Below are positions 9,443-19,235 of a stretch of 64,000 nucleotides of DNA, one piece after another. Source of the stretch: Nostoc sp. DedSLP01 (GTDB lineage: Bacteria; Cyanobacteriota; Cyanobacteriia; Cyanobacteriales; Nostocaceae); assembly GCA_034530875.2 (NCBI GenBank), contig JAVRCJ020000024.1, positions 32,001 to 96,000 of the forward strand. The letters are read 5' to 3'. Position 1 is the first letter of the stretch; the number at the start of each line of letters is the position of its first letter. The position numbers and the translations under genes are program-made. A model generated the notes under the pieces. The model was not told the origin of the DNA. It did no database searches and worked only from the letters and a program-made list of their open reading frames with translations.

Positions 9443-10717
9443 TCAATCCTCTTCCCTCCTGCCTCCTGCCCCCTGCCCCCTGCCTTCCATAACACCAGAT
9501 TGCCGAACCAGAAATTCCCGAATAGCTGGGTCTTCTGCCAAACCGATCGCCCTTGTATAAGCCTGTTTAGCTTCTGGCTCCTTACCTAAATGCTTGAGCA
9601 GGTGAGCTTTGAGCGCCCAATATGGCTGATAACTTTTGATAGATTCGGCTGGCAGTGCTTCTAAGTGCGCTAAACCTTCTTCTAAACCTTTAGCTTCTGC
9701 GATCGCTGCGGCGTGTCCAACTAAAGCGCCCAGCGTCGGGGAAAACTGAATCAGTCCTTCATACAGCAGTGCTAAAGTCTGCCAATCTGTGCGCCCAGTC
9801 ACTCGACGCTGAGCGTGTGTGGATTGAATAGCAGCTTCCAACTGAAATTTTCCCAGTTTTTTAAATGTTGCTGCTTGGGTAAGTTCGCGTTCCGCCTCGT
9901 TTAACATTGGCTGCGACCAAAGCGTAACGTCTTGCTCCAAAAGCGGAACGTAAGCACCAGTTGTTGTCCGACGAGCATCGCGGCGCGCTTCGCAATGCAA
10001 CATCAGCGCTAACAGCCCCCGTGCCTCAGGTTCTTCTGGCAATAGCTGTACGCACAGACGCGCCAACCAGATTGCTTCTTCCGTTAAACCTTTACGCCGT
10101 GGATCTACCCCGGTCAAGTTCTCCCAGCCATTACTGTAAGCAGCATAAATGGCTTCTAGTACAGCATCCAACCGCGCCCGCAGGTCTTTAGCTTCTGGCA
10201 ACTCAAAAGCGATACCAGCATCTCGAATCTTAGCCTTAGCACGGACAAGCCGTTGACTCATAGTTGCTGGGGCGATGAGAAAAGCTGAGGCAATTTCCGC
10301 AGCATTCAGCCCCAGTACTGTTTGTAGCATCAGAGGAGTGCGGATACCTGCATCGATCGCTGGGTGAGCACAGATAAACAAAAGTTTCAGGCGATCGTCT
10401 GCAAACTCAACCTCAAAAGATGTCTCCTCTTGCACGTTGTTAGCTATCAGCTTCAAGGCATTAGCTGCTGAGGCTTTCACCTTAGCGTGTCGGGCATCAT
10501 CGATCAGGCGACGCCGCGCAGTCACCAACAGCCAAGCTTCTGGATTTTCAGGGACACCTTTTTCCGGCCAAGTCTTCAAAGCAGCAAGGAATGCATCGCC
10601 AAGCACATCTTCCGCAGCAGCGACATCATGCGTGCGAACTGCTAGATAAGCAACTAATCGTCCGTAGGAATTACGTGCTGCGAGTTCCGCGGCTCGGCGT
10701 GCATTCTGAGTAGTCAT
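9443..10717 (-). CDS. ECF sigma factor with C-terminal TPR/DUF6596 extension (ECF42 group)
   Basis: AAAEDVLGDAF..AL..WP..GVPENPEAWL, DDRLKLLFICAHPA, QRLVRAKAKI, VPLLEQD..LW; start overlaps yciI stop (TAATG). Confidence 0.9.
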   Translation of the reverse strand: MTTQNARRAAELAARNSYGRLVAYLAVRTHDVAAAEDVLGDAFLAALKTWPEKGVPENPEAWLLVTARRRLIDDARHAKVKASAANALKLIANNVQEETSFEVEFADDRLKLLFICAHPAIDAGIRTPLMLQTVLGLNAAEIASAFLIAPATMSQRLVRAKAKIRDAGIAFELPEAKDLRARLDAVLEAIYAAYSNGWENLTGVDPRRKGLTEEAIWLARLCVQLLPEEPEARGLLALMLHCEARRDARRTTTGAYVPLLEQDVTLWSQPMLNEAERELTQAATFKKLGKFQLEAAIQSTHAQRRVTGRTDWQTLALLYEGLIQFSPTLGALVGHAAAIAEAKGLEEGLAHLEALPAESIKSYQPYWALKAHLLKHLGKEPEAKQAYTRAIGLAEDPAIREFLVRQSGVMEGRGQGAGGRREED

Positions 10718-11076
10718 TAGCCCTGAGTCATTGGTATGAAAGGTCTAACTTCAACTGCACCGTCAGCTGCTGCTGGGCAACGAGCCGCCCAATCCAAAGC
10801 CGCATCTAAATCTGGTACATCGATGAGGAAGAAACCACCGAGTTGTTCTTTGGTTTCAGCGTAGGGGCCGTCTTGGACTTGGCGTTGCCCGTCGCGCAAT
10901 CTGACTGTTGTTCCAGCATGAGGCTGATAAAGTGCTGCACCACCAGCAATTGCACCAGCTTCCGCCAAAGCTTGTGAGTAAGCGCTGAAAGCACCCCAGT
11001 AAGCATCCTTGTGCTGTTCATCTGTGCGATTGTTGAAGTTGTTTTCGCTTTCGTAAACTAGGATTGCGTACTGCAT
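10717..11076 (-). CDS. YciI/DGPF-family protein (copy 1)
   Basis: VQDGPYAETKEQLGGFFLIDVPDLDAALDWAARCP...VEVRP. Confidence 0.92.
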   Translation of the reverse strand: MQYAILVYESENNFNNRTDEQHKDAYWGAFSAYSQALAEAGAIAGGAALYQPHAGTTVRLRDGQRQVQDGPYAETKEQLGGFFLIDVPDLDAALDWAARCPAAADGAVEVRPFIPMTQG

Positions 11077-11135
11077 GTTAGTTCCTTATGTTGTGAGTTG
11101 ATTTCGAGCTTGGTTTTTGGCGCTCTTATTTATAT

Positions 11136-11162
11136 GACGTGCGACTTATGAGCATTTCGACA
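11136..11162 (-). promoter_or_regulatory. ECF42-type promoter (copy 1)
   Basis: Minus strand TGTCGA-N17-CGTC upstream of the DGPF gene; matches the described ECF42 -35/-10 consensus. Confidence 0.75.
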
Positions 11163-11192
11163 TAAACCGCAAACTCTTTTTCTTGAACATCA

Positions 11193-11295
11193 CCAGGAAT
11201 GCATCGCCGAGTAAATCTTTCGTGGCAGTGACATTATATCTGCAAACCAGCAGGTTGAAAAGTTTTGCGGCTCGGCGTTCATTCTGGGTAGTCAT
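11193..11295 (-). pseudogene. Decayed duplicate of the 5' end of the ECF42 sigma gene
   Basis: GGAATGCATCGCC and GCGGCTCGGCGT.CATTCTG.GTAGTCAT blocks match 10588-10717, with an internal deletion and substitutions. Confidence 0.75.
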
Positions 11296-11654
11296 TAGCC
11301 TTGAGCCATTGGGATGAAAGGTCTAACTTCAACTGCACCGTCAGCTGCTGCTGGGCAACGAGCCGCCCAATCCAAAGCCGCATCTAAATCTGGTACATCG
11401 ATGAGGAAGAAACCGCCGAGTTGTTCTTTGGTCTCAGCGTAGGGGCCGTCTTGAACTTGGCGTTGCCCATCGCGCAATCTGACTGTTGTTCCAGCATGAG
11501 GCTGATAAAGTGCTGCACCACCAGCAATTGCACCAGCTTCCGCCAAAGCTTGTGAGTAGGCGCTGAAAGCACCCCAGTAAGCATCCTTGTGCTGTTCATC
11601 TGTGCGATTGTTGAAGTTGGTTTCGCTTTCGTAAACTAGGATTGCGTACTGCAT
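11295..11654 (-). CDS. YciI/DGPF-family protein (copy 2)
   Basis: 117/119 aa identical to copy 1; offset 578 nt. Confidence 0.92.
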   Translation of the reverse strand: MQYAILVYESETNFNNRTDEQHKDAYWGAFSAYSQALAEAGAIAGGAALYQPHAGTTVRLRDGQRQVQDGPYAETKEQLGGFFLIDVPDLDAALDWAARCPAAADGAVEVRPFIPMAQG

Positions 11655-11714
11655 GTTAGTTCCTTATGTTGTGAGTTGATTTCGAGCTTGGTTTTTTTGC
11701 GCTCTTATTTATAT

Positions 11715-11741
11715 GACGTGCGACTTATGGATATTTCGACA
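11715..11741 (-). promoter_or_regulatory. ECF42-type promoter (copy 2)
   Basis: Minus strand TGTCGA-N17-CGTC; spacer differs from copy 1 while both boxes are conserved. Confidence 0.75.
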
Positions 11742-11772
11742 GAAATCGGAAAATTTTTTTCGCGGACATCAA

Positions 11773-12345
11773 CTATTCAGTAGGCTTCATTATCCAACCT
11801 ATAAGAATAGCGATCGCTGAACCCAAAATCATAGCTGGTTCGGGAACAGCTTTAACTATTGTGCCTGGCCCAGAAATTCTATTCTCGAAGATTCCTTGGC
11901 TTGAATCAGAATATCCTGTTGTAACCAAGAAGTAGTTTTTATCTGTACTCAAAGATACATTTTTGAAACCAGAAAGACCTTTTTTAGGAAAGCCGTCATT
12001 ACCGATAACAGCATTTAGCAATGGTTGGTTTGGGTTAAAGTTATCTGAGTACAAAAATAAGTAGTTGTCCCATTCTTTTGGGGTTGTAGCAATACTTAGA
12101 AAATCATACAAACCTTCAGTTTCAACTTTAAACCCGAATGTATTGTAACTAGTAACTGTACCGATACCTGAAGGTAAAGTAGGAATGTTTGCATTCTGTG
12201 CAACAAAGGGACGAGTCCATGTTGATTCTCCTATGGTAGTGCCTGTATAAGTAAAATCGAAAGCTTGTGCGGGTTTAACGTTAATAACAGCAACAGATAA
12301 TGTCAAACCAGCGGTAGTAATGCCTAACTTTTTCGTGAATTCCAT
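11773..12345 (-). CDS. PEP-CTERM-type secreted protein
   Basis: Signal peptide ending PAQA; C-terminal VPEP plus hydrophobic segment (weak basic tail); likely start MEFTKK. Confidence 0.8.
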   Translation of the reverse strand: MEFTKKLGITTAGLTLSVAVINVKPAQAFDFTYTGTTIGESTWTRPFVAQNANIPTLPSGIGTVTSYNTFGFKVETEGLYDFLSIATTPKEWDNYLFLYSDNFNPNQPLLNAVIGNDGFPKKGLSGFKNVSLSTDKNYFLVTTGYSDSSQGIFENRISGPGTIVKAVPEPAMILGSAIAILIGWIMKPTE

Positions 12346-12379
12346 CGGATAATTCTCCAAACGGATAGTAGGAAACTAT

Positions 12380-13438
12380 CTACACGCGCAAAATGAAAAT
12401 CGAACTAGTCATTAATAGGCAGTACCAGCCAGTAAAGAGTAAATAAGTTTTATGGTCTGCTGCATAAGAACGCAACACTACTAATCGTAAAGCGATAATA
12501 CAGCTAAAGAAGAAAAGTACAATATCCCACAGCATAACTACTAAGCTATTGCCTGCTGGCATCATCAAACACCAATGGATTAAAACTGGGAATATCAAAA
12601 AGCAAAGGCTCACAAAAATTCGACTAAAATTCTCTCCGAATACCAGAGGAAATGTATTGCGACCAATTGCTTTATCGCCTGGAATATCACGAAAATCTTG
12701 AACAGATATCAGTATTATACACGCAGTACATAATATTATTAACCATGACCAAACAACAGGAGAAATTGGCGCTACCATTTGCCAAGCTGCTCCCATCTCA
12801 GACATAATACCAAATCCACTAAGAATATTTTTTGCCATCCAATTTTTTGCACCGCCTAAATTATTATGAATAATAAAATTGAACTGCCATAAAATTGCCC
12901 ATTCAAGTACTCCCAACCACCAAGCTACTGCTGTAAGCAGCATCATAAATACATACCCACGAATTTCAGCATCCTGATAGGAAATGATTCCTTGCGCCAG
13001 CGGCCGGTCTGGCTTGTTGATTTTGTCTTCTTCGATATCACTGAGTTGGTTGGATATACAAAATGAAGTAATACACAACCAAAAATATATTAAACTACTA
13101 GCTAATATTGATATTCCATCAATCAATGAGATGGGAGGATGATTCACTAAAGCAGTTGTAGTGAATAACAACCCAGGCACTATTGACATTGTAATATCGC
13201 GGCGAATAAATAGCCAGTTTATTTTTAGTTCTTCAGCAGTATTTATGAAGACTAATTTTGGCAAAAGAAGAATTAGGTTGCTGATGGCGATCGCACTTTG
13301 AAAAATATTAAATGAAAATCTTCCTGGAGTCTCTTCTTGTAATTTTTCTAAATCTAAGCGAACGATATTAATCTGCTGTTTAGCCTCGTTATGCGGAGAT
13401 ATAGCTTCAACAGCCTTATTCAGAGTTTGATCGGCCAT
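12380..13438 (-). CDS. UbiA-superfamily membrane prenyltransferase / possible UbiA-type terpene cyclase
   Basis: NQLSDIEEDKINKPDRP and QDFRDIPGD..IGRNTFP Asp-rich motifs; multiple TM segments. Confidence 0.85.
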   Translation of the reverse strand: MADQTLNKAVEAISPHNEAKQQINIVRLDLEKLQEETPGRFSFNIFQSAIAISNLILLLPKLVFINTAEELKINWLFIRRDITMSIVPGLLFTTTALVNHPPISLIDGISILASSLIYFWLCITSFCISNQLSDIEEDKINKPDRPLAQGIISYQDAEIRGYVFMMLLTAVAWWLGVLEWAILWQFNFIIHNNLGGAKNWMAKNILSGFGIMSEMGAAWQMVAPISPVVWSWLIILCTACIILISVQDFRDIPGDKAIGRNTFPLVFGENFSRIFVSLCFLIFPVLIHWCLMMPAGNSLVVMLWDIVLFFFSCIIALRLVVLRSYAADHKTYLLFTGWYCLLMTSSIFILRV

Positions 13439-13689
13439 ATTTTCCTCTAGCAAGTGGATAAAATCAATGAACGCAGCAAATAATAAAACTGCTAATTACG
13501 TCAGCCCCAATATTGATGTATGCAAAACTAAGAGATTAATTTTTCTGTTATAAATTGCGATTGTATAAATACTTCCGCAATTATTAACTACCGAAAAACA
13601 GTAAAGGTGAATAATAATTTACTCAAGTTTCAAACTGATTTTGCATCTTCTCATCAGATGAGAGCAGTTGCTAGTTTTGCAACATTCAA

Positions 13690-13761
13690 TAGACCTCTTG
13701 CATAAATATCGTTTTTCCTACAAAAGTTATTTATGAAAGTTATTTTTGTGCAAGAGGTCTA
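13690..13761. mobile_element. Short MITE-like element
   Basis: Perfect 13-bp terminal inverted repeats TAGACCTCTTGCA / TGCAAGAGGTCTA. Confidence 0.7.
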
Positions 13762-13799
13762 CTCTTTGAGGAAATCTCGTTGTGAATTTACTCTTGTTA

Positions 13800-15350
13800 C
13801 TACCACTTAATCCTATGGGACAAGAATTTATCCATGCATCGTTCTGCTAAAGCTGCGATGGTTAGGGAAGGATTAGCACCTGCTGAACCTGGAATCAGAG
13901 AACCATCAACAACAAATAAATTAGGATAACCATAAACCTGGCCGTAGGTATTGCAGACTTTTTCCATAACTGCACCACCAAGGGGGTGCGTTGTGCCATT
14001 AGCATCAGGCGGCCCTGCAACGGTATTATCGTTGGCTTTGTTAATGAGTTGATATGTATGCTGCAATGCTTGAGAATTTTTCTGGTTGTTAGGTGAGTTT
14101 GTAGGCCAGAACAAATCAGCTGACTGGGTAGAAGTATTGTAGGTGAGATAGCCCTCTGGTTTAGCGATCGCCTGACCAAGGGTAGCAATTACACCATCTT
14201 GTAAATTAGGCAGAGGAGTCTGTTCGATAATCACCGGGGCAATAGGATTATCGAAGTGTTCGATGACTGATGTAGCTGGGCCACCTTTTGTAGGATTAGT
14301 TGGATATTTGTTGATAATGGCGCTGAGTGCATCACCGTTAGTTCCCCAAAACTTTCCTACATACTTATTCAAGCAGCGTAATGTGCCATGAGCCTTAGCA
14401 CGCAGCAACAATTCAGTAGTTCCAATCGAACCAGCTGCTAAAAATAAATAGCGACAAATCAAAGATTTTTGTCCAATTACAGTCCCTTGCTCGTTGATGC
14501 GATTAGAAACTATTCGGAAACGTCCATTATTTAATTCCTCTATCCTAGTTACCACGTGCAGAGGTCGAATTTCGACATAACCAGTGGCTTCTGCTTTCTT
14601 GAGGTAATTTTTGTCTAAGCTATTTTTTGCACCGCTGTTCGCTCCATAAATTAATACACCATTAATAGCAGAAGCAACTTTCTTGCCTGCAATTTCCTGA
14701 CGAACGATATCCCAATCAACTGCCATTGTGTGTTTGCGGACTTTGAGACCAGCCTTAGCTCCCTGCTCTAAAAAAATCCGGCTTGCTAAATAGTAGTCAG
14801 TTTGTAAAATATCGTCTGGTATGACAGCCGACTTGATAATCGAACGCACTCGTGGGTAATAGACTTTATCTAATTCTTCGTAGCTGATACTACGTGGAAA
14901 GGCTTTATAAAAGATTTCTCGATCTGGCTGATAGGTAACAGCACTGTAAACCAGGGAACTACCTCCAACGCCAGCTCCACGAAAGGCATTAATACCATTG
15001 CCTATTTTGAGATCGAGGACGCCAGTATAGACATCGATGGGAGTGCGATCGAAAAATAGTGTAGTTGGACTGAGCCAGGTAGTACGACCGTCTGGTTTAT
15101 CAAATGTAGCGAAAGTATCGCCTGCATTAGTTATCGGCCATCTCCGCCCGCGCTCTAGTACGATTGTTTCAATTTTTGCCTGACCTAAACGCAATGATGC
15201 TACTGCTCCACCAAAACCACTCCCGATAACGATCGCCTCTACATATTCTTCACTATTAAAGGCAGAACTACGAACCGCAGATATACCTATGCTTGTAGTA
15301 GCTGCAATACTTGCCTGAAGAAAATGACGACGTTTTATCAGTCGGGACAT
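13800..15350 (-). CDS. GMC oxidoreductase, cholesterol-oxidase-like, Tat-exported
   Basis: KRRHFL Tat motif; GSGFGG FAD-binding; VLERGRRW; GVGGSSLV; HPLGG; NPSLTIAALAER. Confidence 0.88.
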   Translation of the reverse strand: MSRLIKRRHFLQASIAATTSIGISAVRSSAFNSEEYVEAIVIGSGFGGAVASLRLGQAKIETIVLERGRRWPITNAGDTFATFDKPDGRTTWLSPTTLFFDRTPIDVYTGVLDLKIGNGINAFRGAGVGGSSLVYSAVTYQPDREIFYKAFPRSISYEELDKVYYPRVRSIIKSAVIPDDILQTDYYLASRIFLEQGAKAGLKVRKHTMAVDWDIVRQEIAGKKVASAINGVLIYGANSGAKNSLDKNYLKKAEATGYVEIRPLHVVTRIEELNNGRFRIVSNRINEQGTVIGQKSLICRYLFLAAGSIGTTELLLRAKAHGTLRCLNKYVGKFWGTNGDALSAIINKYPTNPTKGGPATSVIEHFDNPIAPVIIEQTPLPNLQDGVIATLGQAIAKPEGYLTYNTSTQSADLFWPTNSPNNQKNSQALQHTYQLINKANDNTVAGPPDANGTTHPLGGAVMEKVCNTYGQVYGYPNLFVVDGSLIPGSAGANPSLTIAALAERCMDKFLSHRIKW

Positions 15351-15559
15351 AATTAATCTCCTACACTACCTGCTTTCGCCCAAATAAATTTACACGCTTC
15401 GCCAAACAAAGCACGGGAAGATGAAGCGAAATATTTCCTCAACACCCTGTCTGTTGGCAATTACTAAGGTTGCGATCGCCCTTTTACACCATTTTTATAT
15501 AGGTAAGGGCGTACACCTTATGCCCCTATAGCCCAATACGCTTGGGTTAGCCTTTTAAA

Positions 15560-15644
15560 ATCCCCCCAACCCCCCGATAAATTGGGGGCTAACAACTCTC
15601 TGTTTCACCCCCTTTTTAAGGGGGTCGCCGCAGGCGGGGGGATC
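15560..15644. repeat. REP-like composite palindromic repeat
   Basis: CCCCCGATAAATTGGGGG and ACCCCCTTTTTAAGGGGGT hairpins, bounded by ATCCCCCC / GGGGGGAT. Confidence 0.65.
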
Positions 15645-15680
15645 TTAACTGAACTGTACGTCCCTCTCAATTCGCAGTAC

Positions 15681-17732
15681 CTACACAAACAGGAAATGAC
15701 TGCTAGCTGCTAACTGTTGAGGGCCAACACCAACAACTACAGCAATTAAGTCATTGTTAGAATAAATTCCAGCTCCTTGCGGTACGCCTGTCAAATCAGC
15801 CGGAACCGGGCCGAGTCCGATAGTAACTTGGATGTCTTCAGGTAGTTGGATAAAGTCCTGATTGAGGTTGAAATCAGTAATTAGAGCATAGTCTTGATTG
15901 CCCAGCTTGTCGTAATAGACTGCACTATCTTTACCCACAGTGAATTCACCAAGGAAAAAGATATCGCTACCGCTACCGCCAGTCAAAGTATCAATCTCTG
16001 GTTTGCCTAATCCAAATTCTGGAGGGAAGGGGTTAGAGCCAAATAATCTATCGTCACCATCACCACCAGAGAGAGAGTCACTACCAAGATTGCCAATCAG
16101 AACATCATTCCCAGACTCACCAAAGAGTTTGTCATCGCCGGTATCGCCGCCGAGTCGGTCGGCTCCATCACCTCCATAGGCGATATCGTTGCCTGAACCA
16201 GCAAAAACTTTATCGTTACCAGCATCACCATAGATCAGATCTTCTTCTGAACCACCAAGGATGTTATCATTCCCATCGCCACCAAAAACAGTATCCTTAC
16301 CATTTTGAGCAGCGATGTCATCGTTACCAGTTCCACCATTAATGGAATCATTACCACCGCCAGCAAAGAAAACATCGTTGCCAGCACCACCCAAAAGGGT
16401 ATCATTTCCCTCTACACCAAAGTCGAGGTCGCCATTCAGGTCAAAGTCGCCAAAAATTAAGTCGTTACCGGCACCGGCGTCAACGTAGTCGTTTCCAGCT
16501 CCGGAGATAAAATCGTCATCGCCACTACCGCCAAAAAGTCGGTCGTCACCATCAACAGCAAATGTCGTATTATTGCCACCCCCGGTAAAAATTGTGTCAT
16601 TGCCTGGGGTACCGATGAAACCTTCGGCAGCATCAGAGCCTGTGAAAATTCCTGTCCCTGGTGTCAAGTTGGGGGTTGGATTACCAAAGACGAACTTACC
16701 GGTAGATCCTAACTGTTGGGGTGTCACGCCAACAACTATAGCAATCAGATCGTTCGTGCCATTTCTGTTAGCGTAGATAGCTGTTCCTTGCGGTAAGCCG
16801 GGAGCTGTTGGGCCTAGTCCGATGATGGTTTGGAGGCTTTCTGGTAGTTGAATGAAGTCTTCTTTGACATTAAAATCGGTAATCAAGGCATAATCTTGAT
16901 TGCCTAGTTTGTCGTAGAATACTTTGGTGTTTTGCCCGACGGTGAATTCTCCAAGAAAGAAGATATCGCTACCAGCACCACCTGTTAAAGTATCGATTTC
17001 GGGCAATTCTAATCCTAATTCTGGGGGATAAGGGTTAGAGCCAATTATCCAATCGTTGCCATTACCACCAGATACTACGTCGTTGCCAACATTGCCAATC
17101 AGCAGGTCATTGCCACCACCACCATGAAGTGTGTCGTTGCCAGTATCGCCGCCGAGTCGGTCGTTACCGTCACCACCATAGAAGAGGTCATCTCCTGGCC
17201 CGGCAAGACCTCTATCGTCTCCAGCACCAGCACGAATAGTATCGTTGCCTAAACCACCAGTCAATAAATCGTTACCGTCATTGCCTTTAATGAGATCGTT
17301 GCCGTCTTGACCAGCTATGTTGTCATCTCCGGTGCCGCCATCTAATATATCGTTGCCACCGCCACCCAAGAAAACATCATTCCCAGCGCCGCCATTTAAG
17401 GTGTCATTTCCTTCTAGGCCAAAGTCGAGGTCTCCATTGGAGTTAAAGTCTCCAAAAATCAGGTCGTTTCCATCACCTGCATTTACAAAGTCATCTCCTG
17501 CACCAGCGACTAAAACATCATTTCCAATCCCGGCTAAAAGATGGTCTTTGCCACCAAGACCGAATAAAACATTATTGCTAGTTAATGCAGAAGTGTTAAT
17601 TTTGTCATTACCTGGAGTGCCAATAAAAGCTTCACCAGTTGGTGCATAAATTGGATTTGGATTAGCTGTGAAAATTGTGCCATCAGCTGTTACTTTACCA
17701 GTGTAGGGATTTGTAGTTTTGGGCTTTGCCAT
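15681..17732 (-). CDS. RTX/hemolysin-type calcium-binding repeat protein with two-fold internal duplication
   Basis: Many GGxGxD nonapeptides; two copies of GSNP.PPE.GL..PEIDTLTGG.GSDIFFLGEFTVG...YDKLGNQDYALITDFN; likely start MAKPKTT at 17732. Confidence 0.88.
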   Translation of the reverse strand: MAKPKTTNPYTGKVTADGTIFTANPNPIYAPTGEAFIGTPGNDKINTSALTSNNVLFGLGGKDHLLAGIGNDVLVAGAGDDFVNAGDGNDLIFGDFNSNGDLDFGLEGNDTLNGGAGNDVFLGGGGNDILDGGTGDDNIAGQDGNDLIKGNDGNDLLTGGLGNDTIRAGAGDDRGLAGPGDDLFYGGDGNDRLGGDTGNDTLHGGGGNDLLIGNVGNDVVSGGNGNDWIIGSNPYPPELGLELPEIDTLTGGAGSDIFFLGEFTVGQNTKVFYDKLGNQDYALITDFNVKEDFIQLPESLQTIIGLGPTAPGLPQGTAIYANRNGTNDLIAIVVGVTPQQLGSTGKFVFGNPTPNLTPGTGIFTGSDAAEGFIGTPGNDTIFTGGGNNTTFAVDGDDRLFGGSGDDDFISGAGNDYVDAGAGNDLIFGDFDLNGDLDFGVEGNDTLLGGAGNDVFFAGGGNDSINGGTGNDDIAAQNGKDTVFGGDGNDNILGGSEEDLIYGDAGNDKVFAGSGNDIAYGGDGADRLGGDTGDDKLFGESGNDVLIGNLGSDSLSGGDGDDRLFGSNPFPPEFGLGKPEIDTLTGGSGSDIFFLGEFTVGKDSAVYYDKLGNQDYALITDFNLNQDFIQLPEDIQVTIGLGPVPADLTGVPQGAGIYSNNDLIAVVVGVGPQQLAASSHFLFV

Positions 17733-18212
17733 ATTTTTTTCCTTCTTTGTTAGGGGAATATCTATCGATGACCAGCATAGTCCCATGCTGTTGGAGCGCG
17801 TTTTTTCTCTCAAAGAGTTTCAGGTTTGAGATTATTCAATTTCGTCCATTCATCGGGAATGTTATATATAGATGTAACCTAAATCTTTGTAGAGCCTTCA
17901 ATGCTCTTTTCAAACCACCCAATAATTAATATCTGCGGTTTTTAAACAATTTTGGGAGTGGTTTACTGGCTTGTTTACAAGCATACAATATTTTTATTTT
18001 TTTGTAAATTAAGAAAGATTTAACATCAGGTATATTTTGCGTTTATTTTTGGTGGCTTTAAGGAAAGTTTAAGGCTAAGTAAATTAACCACAAATTTCAC
18101 TTAAGCTCGTGAATTTTGAGGCAATTTAAAGCATATTTTTGCAGTAAAAAGACAATAATTTTGTATTGTTTTTTGAAGAAAAACTTTGCAATTTTATGTT
18201 TGTGAATTTTGC

Positions 18213-19130
18213 TTATTCCAGCAGATATTCTCGATAGTGTTGCCAGGTTTTATTATTTGATAAGCTTTCTACTGGAATATCTTTAATTTCAATTCCTGCT
18301 CGAGCTGCTATGCTGGACAAGACTTCGCTGGCTAATCCCGTGTAGCCTGGTTCGTTGCCAAGCAATTGACGGAATTTGGCAGCGCAACTAGCTCCTTTGG
18401 CCAACTCAAATACATAATCGTCGGCTACTTCGCCTAATGCTTCTAGAGTTGAGCGTTCTGCACCACCAATGGAAGCACAAGCGTAACCGATACCTCCCCA
18501 AAGGTCTGCTTGTCTTGTTGTGGGAAAAGCACTTATAGTCTTGGCAATGCGGTTAACATCAGCACAATCTACTAACCAAATGCTGCGGCCTAGACCTTGG
18601 TCAAAGACACGACAGGCATAGCCAGAAAGCTGGACGGGAAGAGCTTGACCGTCTATGTAGTCTTGCCAGTAATAAACACCATGATTAAAAGCATAACCAT
18701 CGATTACTGGCCAAGATGTTACGGGGTTCTGTGCATTTAAATGTAGCTCAATAGGCAGTTTGTACCGGACTAGTCCCAAACCCACCCCCAAATAAACCAT
18801 AGTTTGATAAGCTGCTGTGGTTTTTTCGAGAAAAGCCTCTACTCGATTTTGGTTCTGGGGTTTGAGTGCATTTAGTTCGGTGAGAGCTATACCTACACCT
18901 TCTAAGGCAAATCCTAGCAACTCGGAGTCAATTGCATTGAGCTTGGCAACGATCGCCTCTGGTTGTTCGTCTGCGATCGCTGCATGGTATCCTTGCCACA
19001 TACCCTCGGCAATATGTCCAAATCGCTGCGGCACTTTCGGATCTTTTACCATTACCTTACGTGCCGCTAAATTAGCTCTCATCTGCGTCCTAGCTTGTTC
19101 GGCATTGATTTGCCAAGCTTGTTGTATCAT
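18213..19130 (-). CDS. DUF1702 / enediyne UnbL(E3)-like protein (copy 3, most divergent)
   Basis: GFALEGVG, VYLGVG, IDGYAF, VFDQGLGRSIW, ADLWGGIGYACASIGG, LAKGASCAAK. Confidence 0.8.
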   Translation of the reverse strand: MIQQAWQINAEQARTQMRANLAARKVMVKDPKVPQRFGHIAEGMWQGYHAAIADEQPEAIVAKLNAIDSELLGFALEGVGIALTELNALKPQNQNRVEAFLEKTTAAYQTMVYLGVGLGLVRYKLPIELHLNAQNPVTSWPVIDGYAFNHGVYYWQDYIDGQALPVQLSGYACRVFDQGLGRSIWLVDCADVNRIAKTISAFPTTRQADLWGGIGYACASIGGAERSTLEALGEVADDYVFELAKGASCAAKFRQLLGNEPGYTGLASEVLSSIAARAGIEIKDIPVESLSNNKTWQHYREYLLE

Positions 19131-19235
19131 CTTTGTTGTCCTTGTTGAGCAATAGTTTCTGGAGGTAGCATTTCTTTAAACGCAAAGAGCGCAGAGGCAC
19201 GCAGAGAATTCGCTAGGAATTCATGAAATGTTGCA

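Noticed and set aside
10717..11654. yciI duplication as an assembly artefact
   Set aside because: The copies differ at multiple synonymous sites and are separated by a diverged sigma remnant, which indicates a real, aged duplication
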